Assembly: GCA_965644495.1 (NCBI GenBank)
Contig: CBFFSA010000006.1
Location: 496,001 to 560,000 of the forward strand
DNA: 64,000 bases
From: Perkinsela sp. CCAP 1560/9
Taxonomy: Eukaryota > Protista > Euglenozoa: Kinetoplastea
Direction: 5' to 3'
Positions within the stretch are counted from its first letter, which is position 1, and each line of letters opens with the position of its first letter. The position numbers and the translations under genes are program-made. This document shows, in pieces, positions 9,446 to 19,610 of this stretch. The notes below the pieces were generated by a model that worked only from the letters and a program-made list of their open reading frames with translations, was not told the DNA's origin and did no database searches.

Positions 9446-11008
9446 ATGTTTCAACATTGTCCGAACGTTCTTTATTTGCCCCTGCACGGTCTTACAGGGA
9501 AACCTTTTCCCGAAGCAACACGTTTTTGGCTTTTAGAAGGGAAGAAAAAAAAATACTGCAATCCGTACTGGATAACTAGAGAACATCTCGACTGGATTGG
9601 CGGTGGGCATGCCTCCATACGACCTGGGCAAGAGCCAACCGTACTTCCGACGGAAGGAAATTCCTTCTTTTATGCCTCAAGTACTTCTAAAAATCGTAAA
9701 ATAATGTTGAACGCACCTAATGTCCCTACTGGAATTGCATGGTACAATGCAGAACAAACCACAAACGCCCCTATAATTAATGAATATGTAAAATTATTTT
9801 CTCCCATATGGCACAGCGAATCTTACCAACCAGTAGATGCCTTTACCGGAGGAATTTTCCTCGGGCCTTCACGCGAACGATTACAAGTTGCAGCTGCGAG
9901 ATTTCAGGTAACGAATGAACAGTGGATAAGCAAAAAAGATCTTCCTCTAGTAGACGATGGATCTGTGAAGCCTCTTGACGATGTTCGGGGCGTATCAGTG
10001 CGCCTATGTGATACATACAAGTCATTTCCTGTTGCCGAAACCGGAACAGAAATTGGTAAAAGTGCCGATGCACTATTCTACAATGCACTGCACACGACAC
10101 AACCACACAAGTTGTATCAACACCTTAAAAAGCGACTTGCTCGTACTGTTTTATATAGGAGAATATACGGCGCGGAGATTCAACGCATTCTACAGCATTA
10201 CGCTCATCAGAAAAACTTCAAATCCCGTGATTGGATTACTTCTAAAAAGCTATATGCCGCGTACGGCGAAAGAGTTAAACTTTTACCCGGCGCTACAGGT
10301 GTTCGTCTTCCCTTGTGCTGTAATGAAGCTTTTACTGAAACAGTGGGGAAGTATTTTACTCTTTACAATGCACAGGAGACCACGGACCCCGCTTTGCTAA
10401 TCAGATGCTCGAATAGAGGCCCTATGGTTCGTCTCTCTGACGGTATGTCATTTTCTTCCGGACTTCAACTTGCATTGCACACAGAAGCGGAAAAGAGAGG
10501 GTACAAAAGTCCTGTATGGACAGATGATGAAGGTTTGGAACGAACCTTTAAGGGCCATGTCAAAATTCATTGCGGGGAGCAACCTTTCTTAGCGAGAGAA
10601 ATATTACCGTGTAGCGAAGGGCGGGGTTGTACTCAAGTCCTCTTTAACGCAGACCAAACAACAGATGCAGAAACGGTTCAAACGTTTGTGGCAAACACTA
10701 GAAAACGACATGCCACAGAGAGATCTCCAATGCGTAGTGCGTATAGAGGTACAACTTTCCCACATGCTCTACAAAGGCAATTGTACAGTTTTGCAGCCCG
10801 CCATCATCTACAATCTCGATTTTGGTTGCATCAGCATCATTTAGAACATTTCTCTCCCAAATTAGTCTTGTCAAGAAAAAATGGACCTCCTGTCGTGTTC
10901 ATTCTTCCAGGTAACAACTTCTCTAGAAACGAAAATTCGTTGATTAACGTTGATCAAATTGAGAATCGTAACGTATTGGACGAACATATTGCAAGGCTTC
11001 GTTTGTGA
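9446..11008 (+). CDS. Tc38/p38-family kinetoplast ssDNA-binding protein with ~5 repeats
   Basis: Repeated units (W[IT]..., G..V, ending WYNAEQT, FYNALHT, LYNAQET, LFNADQT, LINVDQI). ATG 9446 follows a pyrimidine tract + AG. Confidence 0.8.
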   Translation: MFQHCPNVLYLPLHGLTGKPFPEATRFWLLEGKKKKYCNPYWITREHLDWIGGGHASIRPGQEPTVLPTEGNSFFYASSTSKNRKIMLNAPNVPTGIAWYNAEQTTNAPIINEYVKLFSPIWHSESYQPVDAFTGGIFLGPSRERLQVAAARFQVTNEQWISKKDLPLVDDGSVKPLDDVRGVSVRLCDTYKSFPVAETGTEIGKSADALFYNALHTTQPHKLYQHLKKRLARTVLYRRIYGAEIQRILQHYAHQKNFKSRDWITSKKLYAAYGERVKLLPGATGVRLPLCCNEAFTETVGKYFTLYNAQETTDPALLIRCSNRGPMVRLSDGMSFSSGLQLALHTEAEKRGYKSPVWTDDEGLERTFKGHVKIHCGEQPFLAREILPCSEGRGCTQVLFNADQTTDAETVQTFVANTRKRHATERSPMRSAYRGTTFPHALQRQLYSFAARHHLQSRFWLHQHHLEHFSPKLVLSRKNGPPVVFILPGNNFSRNENSLINVDQIENRNVLDEHIARLRL

Positions 11009-11583
11009 TATTTCGTATGGAGCAATACTTCCCAAGGAAGACAAGGTGTTGTTACTGTATCCGTTATGCCCAAAATTTATCTGCTTGTTTTGTAAAGCAG
11101 AAGATTAGGTGAGCGATTCTTATCTTAAACATGTGCACCCCCGCGACGTATCTGATTTTCTTATACAGTTATAAGGAGATCAAAGTGATCTTTTTTTTTC
11201 CAGGGTGCTTCCTCATCGTTTGCTTGCGTTTCTTTCATTGGGAATAAGTTCTTCTCTTCTGATGCGCTATACTATGTGTATATTTACACTGCTGATAAAA
11301 AAATTGCTCTCTTGCAAATCCTTACCGAAATCAAGAAATACGCAAATATATACTTTGCACATGTCTCGCATATTACTTGCCTTCTACATTTTGCCCTATT
11401 TTCTCGCTATAAACAAAGTTCAACTGAAATTGTACAACTAAAAGTCCAAAATTGAATATCTTCATTGCCGATTTTTTTAACCGAAGCCTTCGCAATTGGG
11501 AAAATGATATTGTGGAACATCTAGAATTCCTCTATTCTTAAAAGTTAAATAGGATTTCTAGCACTTTTGATAGAGAGATTATT

Positions 11584-12295
11584 GCGGTGGTTGTATAACT
11601 ACCGCTCTACCCTCGATTAATGAAAAAAAGGCGAACAAAAACAGTGAAAATATTAAGAGAAACACAGTAATATAATAGAAGACAAAATATAAAAGGCGGC
11701 TCCGGTGGTCCAAAACTGAAAAATATGGGCCCCCCCCGGGGGGGGGGATCCAGGGGGGAGGGGCATACGTCGAGATAATTTTTTTCAATTTTTTTGCTTT
11801 TCAAAATCGAGCGTCGGGAAGTGGTAGAGTATGCCGCGGCGATGATTTTCCACCCCCCCCCACCTGGGGGTAACCCCCCCTGGTACGCGCAGGAGGGGTC
11901 CAACGTCAAAATTTCCGAAATTTTTGGGAAGACCAAAAAGACGTTTTTTTGGTCCAAAATAGGTAAAAATATTGCCTTTCCAAAATCGACTCCTAAAAGA
12001 GATTTTCTCCTAAAAGAGATTTTAAGAGTTTTGCATCTCATCTACCGTTCTACGACGTTTTTTTTGCAGATTCGCCTCCTACCCCTACTGGTAAGGCATC
12101 CAAAACGGCCTAGTTCGGCTTAAAATTTCGCAATTTTCGCCGAAAAATCGAGCTTCTACTGCCAAAAGAATGAATTATTCATGATCTTTTGGTGATTTTT
12201 CTTTTTGATGCTTTTCGTTAAATGCGGTGGTAGTTTTCAACGTGAAGCGCGCAGCATGAGTGACTCCTAAGTTGAAAACAACTACCGCGTTAGAG
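11584..12295. mobile_element. Probable truncated non-autonomous DNA transposon (MITE-like)
   Basis: Related hairpins at both ends (GCGGTGGTTGTATAACTACCGC; GCGGTGGTAGTTTTCAAC...GTTGAAAACAACTACCGC), poly-C/G and poly-A/T tracts, right end followed by TA. No clean left terminus. Confidence 0.5.
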
Positions 12296-12479
12296 TATAT
12301 AACTGTATGTAAGTGTAAGAATAATTCTTCTGTACACAGTGTTTTTCTTTTATTTTTCGCTACTGTTCACGTACAACGAATGGACAGGGACTAAGTTCTC
12401 TAAAGCTATAAATCTAATTGTCGTGTCTACCTCTGAAATATTCTATGTTGCCATATTGCAGCACATTCTCATAATCTCT

Positions 12480-12728
12480 ATGGTGCAAATAAAGAGTGGG
12501 GGAGAAGTTTTCTCTTTGAACTCTGGACGGCAGGTGGCATGGAGTGAGGTTCCATCTTGGTTCAAACGTATTATGAGGAGCGAAGAACAAATGCCAACGC
12601 CATGTTATAAAGAAAGAGATGAAGCGCAAAAATGTTTTGAAACAGACGGCTTCTGGAGCGAAATATGTGTCATGCCTTTGGAAAATTTTGATACGTGCCA
12701 GACAAGGCACACCCCAACCCATGACTAA
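12480..12728 (+). CDS. Small twin CX9C mitochondrial intermembrane-space protein
   Basis: C-YKERDEAQK-C-x10-C-VMPLENFDT-C; 82 aa from ATG 12480. Confidence 0.7.
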   Translation: MVQIKSGGEVFSLNSGRQVAWSEVPSWFKRIMRSEEQMPTPCYKERDEAQKCFETDGFWSEICVMPLENFDTCQTRHTPTHD

Positions 12729-13018
12729 CGGAACTCTTTTCCTAAATGAAGGAGTTCGCATTTGCATAAACAAAACATTGTTCGAGACTTTATGATCGTA
12801 GTGCACACGTGTACAGGATACGCTGTATGTACATGTGTATGTATAGTATATACGCTGTACGTATACATGCAGAATATTTTATTCATGCGCTCTCAACTTT
12901 TTGTCAGTCATATAGTACGGCATTCTACAGCATTGTACGGCATACATTACAATGCATGATATACATGCTGAATGCATGACAGACAAATACTAACACTGAA
13001 AAACAACAGTACTTAGTA

Positions 13019-13164
13019 CTGTCCCCTCCCCTTAGGCGCACCCGGTTAGCCCCCCCCCGCCCCCCGCGAAGTGGCGCCAATTTATTTTTTGTGTACTGAT
13101 TCAGACCCCCCCGTTTAGCGTACGTTTTACGGAAAACGAGGTGTACTTAAAAGGGGGCGGACAG
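13019..13164. mobile_element. 146-bp mini-element of the CTGTCCCC-TIR family
   Basis: TA|CTGTCCCCTCCCTTA ... TAAAAGGGGGCGGACAG|TG; shares TIR and a CGCGAAG motif with 28276-29867 and 30800-32787. Confidence 0.6.
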
Positions 13165-13371
13165 TGCTACTAAACAAATACCCTATTTATGATAGCTAGT
13201 TATTATGCCCATAGCCACGTATTGTGCCCATAGCTACAGTAGTAGTTAATGTGCCTGGGGGCACTACTGTATAACCCGGAACACGGTTTAAGGACCTACA
13301 TGCATAGTTCGGAGTGCATTTTTCGTATACAGCACTTTTCGCGTACGCAGCAGTATAAAGCAATGTACCTA

Positions 13372-14136
13372 CAGTGGTGATCAGCGTCTTTTACCCCCCC
13401 CCTACAGGGGTAAAAAACTTCTTGTATTTTGTCCAAGTTTGGAAATATTTGGTATACCACCGTTTTTCTACCCAATCGTTCCGAATCCGAGGTCCTTCTC
13501 ACTCGAGCAACCCCCTACCCCCCTAGCCAGGTAGGGGTCAAAAAAGCTAATTACAATTTTTCTGGGTATACTTTTTCGAATGTTTCGGATGAAAAACAGT
13601 AGTAAATTAAGTCAGAAGACGCGGAAAAGGAGTGTAAAGTATTCCCTAGTATTTAGTAATATGCCCTTTGGCCTCCTTGACCAAGAGTAAACGCTTACGA
13701 TCGTCCGGGAAGATATTCTGAAATAATAAAATTCTTTAGCTACGGGAAGCCTTCCTGTTGATCTTCAGAAAAATGAAACGTTTCAATGATGGACCCAGGG
13801 TTAAGTTTATAAAGTTTTGAGACTGCCTTATAGGACTTAAGTCACTCGTATTCGATCTCGGAGCGCACGCGAGAGAAAGGTGAACACAGGGGGCGGTGCT
13901 TCGTCATGAATCACCAAAAAATGTATCAATTTTGAAAAACAATTTCTAATTTTGAAAAAAGAATCGAGTTTTTTGCAGTCGTTTTTCCAGTTTAGGAATG
14001 ATACAGGTGTCCACGAGTAAAAAGGACCTCGGATTCGGAACAATTGGGTCGAAAAACAGTCCCATAGAAAACATCTCCAAAAGCGATGAAAATACAAGAC
14101 CTGTAGTGGGGGGGTAAAAGACGCTGATCACCACTG
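13372..14136 (+). mobile_element. Tc1/mariner-type MITE, copy 1 (765 bp)
   Basis: TA-flanked; TIR CAGTGGTGATCAGCGTCTTTTACCCCCC extends imperfectly ~130 bp; an inverted sister copy lies at 22425-23183. Confidence 0.93.
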
Positions 14137-14241
14137 TACATGCAGCAATGTACATGTATGTGTATTGTGCACACACAACCTGCATACACTTTTAAGTTGT
14201 TTTTGGATCCTTCACTTTACTATCCTCTATTTTCAGGTGTT

Positions 14242-15990
14242 ATGGGTCGGAGATGGTTACTTATCTCAGCGCTCACGACTGGTCTTACTGGTGCCACGTA
14301 TTGGTTGCTTCGTCATAGTAGAGCTCCTCTGGGACAGCCTTTTCTTTGTCTGATCTCATTTTTAAAGCGACGTACGTTCGTTGAGGTCAATCACCCAAAA
14401 TTGGGTTTAGCATTTCGGTATTCAGCGTCCACTTGTGTACTTCGGGGTGAAATACGAATGGCCCCAGTCAGGGTTTTTGAATTTTATTTAACGCATCATG
14501 AAACTTCGCGTATTCTTATTACAGTCGAGCAATGTGGGGCCCCTCTTAGCCTTCAAGAGTACAAGACACATTCACTCAACGCAATTACTGCACAGCTGGG
14601 AAATATTGCTGTTGAGCATGAAAAAACCACCGTTTCTCTCGGTGGCCAACCAGCCATTGAATTTGAATACACACACATATCCTCACAGGGTACACCACGA
14701 AAAGTATGGTGTATCTTGGCCACTCTGGGTCACCGTGCCTATTCAGTGCACTTTAATAGTCATGGGAACGTGTATGATAAAGGTCTGACATATGCACAAG
14801 AGATGGCTCGGTCTATGTCAATATCACATGTATCGACAAGTGAAAGTTTTCAGTATTTCACAAGTGCATCTCACGGGTTAGGCATGCGAGTAGCCACGGA
14901 GTACAGCTTAGACGATACCGCCGCTGAAGAGGATACCCTTCTAGCGCGGTTTGTTACAACACGTGCTCCAGTTTCTTCCGTACAACTCATCGAGCAATCA
15001 TTTATTGAGGTCAGGTGCCATCGTGAGTCCTTCGTTGGCTCTGATGATAGCAGCATGTGGAATCATTATAGCTCAATGCTTCGCACACATGTAGAGCACA
15101 GTCTGTCCTCTTCTGAAAATTTAGAGTGGGTGACTCATGGTCCAGAAATAACGGTAGAGTATCTCTGTGACCGCGTTACACATAAAAAGTTGCAGCCTAC
15201 CTTTGCGATACACACTCTAGTGACTGAAAAGACACACATACCGGTTCAATATTTTTTCTACGATATACTTTCAACGAATCATGTGGAAGACAACGAAGAC
15301 ACGCAACCCATCAAAGTGTCACACGTCACGTTTTTCGCTGTACGGGGCAATGAATGTATGAGTTTGACGGCATGGGGACTTCGCGAACATTTTTCGTATG
15401 TATGGAATGACGCTTTGGCATGTATTCACTCTCTCACATTTACGCACTTGTTCTCTCTTCAATCTTGCATGCTTTCGTACTGTAATCCTACGTACCAGTT
15501 TGGCTTGCGAATTCCCTCGCAATTGCAAATAGTAGAGAGCGTTATCGGTGATCCTTTATTGTCACTATTGTTCAGAGAAAAATCTGACGAAGCTGGATGG
15601 AGAGGGCGATCCTTGGAGAGCAGTGGCTTTGCCGAATCATCAGCAAATTCATCTTTTGCTATGCACATTCGCGTACAAGACTTGTTTCCGACCTACGCAC
15701 AGCTTCACGAAACAGCTTCCCAATTTATAAATGAGCTACGACAAACAGAAGGTGTTGAAATAGAATCTGAAAAGCCAACGGCGCTACATGGACACATGGC
15801 CCATGAAGTATTGTACATTCAAGATGACGGTGAGGGACAAGTTCATAAAAATTGGGCAATACTTGCTATATACTGTGGACGTCAGTACATACTTCATGTA
15901 GTTGGCACCAGTACACGCTTTCGATGGTGGAAGAAAATGTGCCGTTCAGTAATACATGGGTTCCACTTCTATAATTGTGAATTATACTGA
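14242..15990 (+). CDS. Membrane-anchored protein with tandem PsbP/DcrB/Mog1-like domains
   Basis: N-terminal hydrophobic segment; repeated units (NHPKLGLAFRY / SASHGLGMRV / CNPTYQFGLRIP; SLGGQPAIEFEY / ALHGHMAHEVLY; MARSMSI / VIHGFHF). Confidence 0.6.
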   Translation: MGRRWLLISALTTGLTGATYWLLRHSRAPLGQPFLCLISFLKRRTFVEVNHPKLGLAFRYSASTCVLRGEIRMAPVRVFEFYLTHHETSRILITVEQCGAPLSLQEYKTHSLNAITAQLGNIAVEHEKTTVSLGGQPAIEFEYTHISSQGTPRKVWCILATLGHRAYSVHFNSHGNVYDKGLTYAQEMARSMSISHVSTSESFQYFTSASHGLGMRVATEYSLDDTAAEEDTLLARFVTTRAPVSSVQLIEQSFIEVRCHRESFVGSDDSSMWNHYSSMLRTHVEHSLSSSENLEWVTHGPEITVEYLCDRVTHKKLQPTFAIHTLVTEKTHIPVQYFFYDILSTNHVEDNEDTQPIKVSHVTFFAVRGNECMSLTAWGLREHFSYVWNDALACIHSLTFTHLFSLQSCMLSYCNPTYQFGLRIPSQLQIVESVIGDPLLSLLFREKSDEAGWRGRSLESSGFAESSANSSFAMHIRVQDLFPTYAQLHETASQFINELRQTEGVEIESEKPTALHGHMAHEVLYIQDDGEGQVHKNWAILAIYCGRQYILHVVGTSTRFRWWKKMCRSVIHGFHFYNCELY

Positions 15991-16446
15991 TTATACCTTT
16001 AAATTATAACTGTACACGTATGATAGAAACTTCAGTACGGAATATCCAGTCATGATGTATTCCGTTGCTGTTCTTAAAGAGTTTCTTTTGAAATATTTGT
16101 TGGTGCTTTCAATGTTTTGATTAACTGGAGTTCTGAATTACTTATGCGCTTAAGTTTCATTTGATTAGCAATTACTAGCAATGCTAGCACAGAATAGCGG
16201 ATATACGAGAGTTTTGCAGTGAAGTCTGGTTATTTTGATGAGCTAAATACACGGATACATTACAGTGAATATACAATGAAGTGATAAATATACGCTAAAG
16301 GTTATTTGCAAGCTCTTTATTCTTGTCTAACTAATAAGTCTTAATTCCTACACGCACTTCGCTTCTGCTTTTTCATGTCCTTCACAACTTAAAGAGGATT
16401 TCACGTCATACTATTTGATTGTGCCATCTTTAAAAGCGGGTTACGA

Positions 16447-17412
16447 ATGCTTGACAATCGTGAAAGGGTGGGTCGTACAAGTTTCGATTTTAGTTGCGCA
16501 TCTTTAGCCCGCAAATTTTCTCGTCGTTCATTTCGAATTACAACGGATGACGAAATCTTTATTCGAGAAATGAACATACTTCAAGGCGCACTTGGTTGCG
16601 CTGTTTGGGATGGCGCCGTAATATGCTCCCGCTGGATAGCAGCCAAAGCGCAAAATATACTTGACGGACGCGCCGTACTAGAATTGGGATGCGGCGCAGG
16701 TCTTGTCGGTATTGTAGCTTCACGTTTCGCGAACAAGACGTATTTGACAGATTATATTAGCGACGTGGTCGAAAATGCGGCCTACAATGCCAAAGTTAAT
16801 GTACCTGAAGAAACGTTATCGTCGGTTCACCTGGGTATACTGGACTGGTTTCAATATTTGAAATCTTCTTCTAAAATATTACCACACCGTTGCACAAAGG
16901 AAAAACAGCACGGTAAGTTTACGATACAGCCATACTACACCTGTGGTGCATGTTTTGGGGATGATGATTCACGTGGGGTTTGCGAACTGTGTTATGAGGC
17001 AGAGCATAAGACACATGATGGGTCTAGTTACGCCGGGATAACGTCCTTTGATTGTGACTGCCAAGAACTTCATCGATCAACTTATCTTTCAATTGAGCCT
17101 CATTCCGTAGACGTTATGCTTGGTAGTGAGCTCACCTATTCAACATTAGCCTGCGAAGCTCTAGCCGATACGGTTGAAATACTGCTCAAAGAAGAAGGCG
17201 TTTTCTACGAGGTACTTTCTTCTGATCGTGACGGGGTATCCGTCTTTTCTGACCTAATGAGGCAAAGAGGCTTTGAATGTTATAGAAAACAAGTTCCTAA
17301 CTCACTTACGGTGGATTTGGGAACGCGCAAGTGGTGCCACCAGGATAAAGAAATGTTCTACTTTTACACCTGGAAAAAGCCAAAGAGTGATTACCCCATT
17401 ATGGAAGTGTAG
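16447..17412 (+). CDS. Family-16 (METTL21/EEF2KMT-like) protein methyltransferase with inserted UBR-box zinc finger
   Basis: GCAVWDGA, VLELGCGAGLVG, YLTDY, LDW, DVMLGSELTY; Cys/His insert at 16891-17061. Confidence 0.85.
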   Translation: MLDNRERVGRTSFDFSCASLARKFSRRSFRITTDDEIFIREMNILQGALGCAVWDGAVICSRWIAAKAQNILDGRAVLELGCGAGLVGIVASRFANKTYLTDYISDVVENAAYNAKVNVPEETLSSVHLGILDWFQYLKSSSKILPHRCTKEKQHGKFTIQPYYTCGACFGDDDSRGVCELCYEAEHKTHDGSSYAGITSFDCDCQELHRSTYLSIEPHSVDVMLGSELTYSTLACEALADTVEILLKEEGVFYEVLSSDRDGVSVFSDLMRQRGFECYRKQVPNSLTVDLGTRKWCHQDKEMFYFYTWKKPKSDYPIMEV

Positions 17413-17754
17413 AATGTGTTATATACCGCTATACTGCCGCTTACTTTAAGTAGGGAAGATTACGAACTCTTAAGTAACTTAAGAGTGTATGCAATTTTTG
17501 TCGTAATGATTTGTGCTCGGGCGCGCGTAGTATTAAAATGCTGGATGCAATAAATTTTTTTTTTTGAATGAAGTCGATATTACTAAATCAAAATTTCTAT
17601 TTAATAATTTCTATTTAGTATTTAATAGAGATTTTTCAGTACTGTTATATTAATGTTAATGTAACGTTTTTGCGCATTACCTTTTTTGTACAGTAGTATG
17701 GAGTAGTATACTTGCATAGATGTGCTGCACAAGGAGTGAACTACATGTATATTA

Positions 17755-19452
17755 ATGGAAGAGGGTTCGACAGACGCCTCGACCTATCCCTTACTTAGCC
17801 CTCTGTCTCATGAGGCATTACTGGAGCACTCGAACAGCAACCTTGGTGAGGAGGACGATGAGGGATCAATAGAATATAAGTTGAAATTAACGAAAATTAC
17901 ACCCACAAGACTAAAACATTTAGTGACTCAGATGCAATATCGAGTCGCGGAAGGCCGTGGAGAATGTCTCTATGAAGTAGGTGTCGCTAACGATGGTTCT
18001 GCGATAGGGGTTTCCGAGCAAGATTACAACGAAACTTTAAAGACCTTACAACAAATGTCCCGAATATTGAATTACTCGCTGACTGTGTTGCACAAGAAAG
18101 TTATTTCTGCGCGTCCTCGCCGCGTCTGTGGTGAGATGCTGGTATGTCGTCCCAGTATTCAAACAAGCCTTACGACACTTCGCGTAGCTTTTTGCGGCGC
18201 TGTTGATGCAGGGAAGAGTACATTAATCAGTGTGCTTGTTGAGGGCGAACCTGACGATGGATGCGGGACCGCTCGCCAATCTGTATTTCGCCACAAACAT
18301 GAGCTTCAAACAGGAAGAACTTCTTGTTTGTCGGTGCATTTGCTTGGATTTTCTTTATCTGGACGCGTAATACATCAACATGAAATGACGAGTGATATTC
18401 GCAAGCAATTCGATTCATCAGGAATGCGAATTGTTGCACTATATGACTTAGCAGGAAGTGAAAAATATTTATCTACATGTACAGTGCCGGCACTTAGTGC
18501 GTGGGAACCAGACATTGGATGCGTCACAATCGACGTTGTGCGGGGAGTGCAATCAATGACGAAAGAGCAGACTAGGCTTTGCGTTAATTTGGGGTTTCCT
18601 TGGTTTGTTGTTCTCACAAAAATTGATTTAGTGGAACCTTACAAAGTTCTAACTGTATTGGATGAAATTAAAGAATTCGTACGATTGCAGGGATCTGATT
18701 TTGACTCTTTCATCGTCGAGCGCGTAGATCAGCTTTCGTCAATAATCAGTCACGAGTCGTCTTCGGGTTGGTCTAGGAATATTATTCCCATTATACCTAC
18801 TTCAAGTGTAACTTGTGAAAGATTTGACATATTGCACAGCTTGCTATACCGCTCACCTCTACTCCACAATTGGGAATTAGCTAGAAAAATGCCTCTTCAT
18901 GTCACCTTGACAAAGCATAGCTTCTTTCCCGATCTTGGATCGGTGTATCACGGCTTGGTAAATCAAGGAACAATAAAAATACGTGATCGAGTCATGTTCG
19001 GTCCATCGAAAAATGCAGAATTCGTACATGCATACGTTCGTTCGTTACACGTTCAGAGCGTTCCAGTTCACGAAACTCACGCTGGAGCAGAAGTTACGAT
19101 GATTTTAGACGTCGAGTACGATTGTCACGCAAAGGGATACATCCCTTTTCGTCCTGGCATGGTCTTGGCTTTTAGAGCACCATCCGCTGTATACTCGTTT
19201 GCTGCCCAAATGATCATTTTAAGGTCAAATTTTCGCATCGGGGCTGAACCTATTATTCAGTGCAGAAGTATACGACAATGTGCTTTGATTCAGACCATTG
19301 ACTGGGACACACAGTCGGCACCAGAGCTTTCTGAGCAAGCACTCGTAAAGTTACGATGGCTATATCGACCGGAATACATTGCTCCCGGTTTTCGCATGAC
19401 CGCAATACTTTGTGGAGTTGCAGCTGTGGGTACAGTGGTTGATACAGAATAG
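17755..19452 (+). CDS. GTPBP1/GTPBP2-family translational GTPase
   Basis: EGSIEYKLKL, GAVDAGKST, FRHKHELQTGRTS, DLAG, TKID, YRPEYI. Confidence 0.9.
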   Translation: MEEGSTDASTYPLLSPLSHEALLEHSNSNLGEEDDEGSIEYKLKLTKITPTRLKHLVTQMQYRVAEGRGECLYEVGVANDGSAIGVSEQDYNETLKTLQQMSRILNYSLTVLHKKVISARPRRVCGEMLVCRPSIQTSLTTLRVAFCGAVDAGKSTLISVLVEGEPDDGCGTARQSVFRHKHELQTGRTSCLSVHLLGFSLSGRVIHQHEMTSDIRKQFDSSGMRIVALYDLAGSEKYLSTCTVPALSAWEPDIGCVTIDVVRGVQSMTKEQTRLCVNLGFPWFVVLTKIDLVEPYKVLTVLDEIKEFVRLQGSDFDSFIVERVDQLSSIISHESSSGWSRNIIPIIPTSSVTCERFDILHSLLYRSPLLHNWELARKMPLHVTLTKHSFFPDLGSVYHGLVNQGTIKIRDRVMFGPSKNAEFVHAYVRSLHVQSVPVHETHAGAEVTMILDVEYDCHAKGYIPFRPGMVLAFRAPSAVYSFAAQMIILRSNFRIGAEPIIQCRSIRQCALIQTIDWDTQSAPELSEQALVKLRWLYRPEYIAPGFRMTAILCGVAAVGTVVDTE

Positions 19453-19610
19453 TCTCGCGGAACACTTTTCATGGAACTCCAAAAGATTGATAACGAATGC
19501 TTTTCTATCCATAATCTTTTCATTACTACTTTTATTCTTCTCCTCTATCACGATATGCTAATACATAAATTTGTTGTCAGTTTTCCAAAGCCCATATTTT
19601 TTTAAAAACG

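Noticed and set aside
13195-13271. TGCCCATAGC direct repeats and TACAGTAGT...ACTACTGTA mini inverted repeat
   Set aside because: Probably a transposon end fragment, but too short to define boundaries or family.
11607-14189. ORFs inside MITEs (also 22872-23337, 30612-31103, 53875-54099, 54319-54664)
   Set aside because: They lie in TIR and homopolymer sequence and have no protein motifs; repeated peptides just reflect the inverted repeats.
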